The translations under genes and the position numbers were made by a program. A model generated the notes under the pieces. The model had not been told where the DNA came from. It did not search any database and saw only the letters and a list, made by a program, of their open reading frames with translations. Below are positions 63,991-64,000 of a stretch of 64,000 nucleotides of DNA, piece by piece. The DNA is from Lama guanicoe (Eukaryota). The stretch lies in NCBI GenBank assembly GCA_013239625.1, contig MU054338.1, positions 4,551,371 through 4,615,370 on the forward strand. Direction: 5' to 3'. Position 1 is the first letter of the stretch, and each line of letters opens with the position of its first letter.

Positions 63991-64000
63991 ATGTTAAACT

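Noticed and set aside
1..64000. CRISPR arrays, operons or other prokaryotic systems
   Set aside because: The sequence is clearly mammalian, with spliceosomal introns and LINE/SINE/LTR content; there are no regularly spaced repeat-spacer arrays.

Overview
This is mammalian genomic DNA, very likely from a camelid: it carries about 11 copies of a tRNA-Ala(AGC)-derived SINE matching the camelid Vic-1 family. It is rich in L1, L2, MIR, MLT/ERV LTR and MER elements. Two adhesion-GPCR (EGF-TM7/ADGRE) loci lie in tandem on the + strand. (1) An apparently intact 16-exon ADGRE4 (EMR4) gene has its CDS at 12879-36893 (1974 nt, 657 aa): signal peptide, 2 EGF domains, GAIN/GPS with HL|S, 7TM and C-tail. 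All introns are GT-AG and all phases are consistent. (2) A previously hidden, disabled ADGRE paralog spans about 38713-62159. It is not a simple ADGRE4 duplicate. It has no EGF exon that I can find and has a long multi-exon Cys-containing stalk resembling ADGRE1 (EMR1/F4/80), but an ADGRE4-like 7TM region. It carries two nonsense codons, a frameshift, a dead acceptor and a missing TM1-2 exon. A 120-nt tract shared at about 97% identity with ADGRE4 looks like gene conversion. A strong CTCF-type motif sits between the two loci. Family assignments rest on my recall of the reference proteins, not on a database search. Repeat boundaries are approximate.
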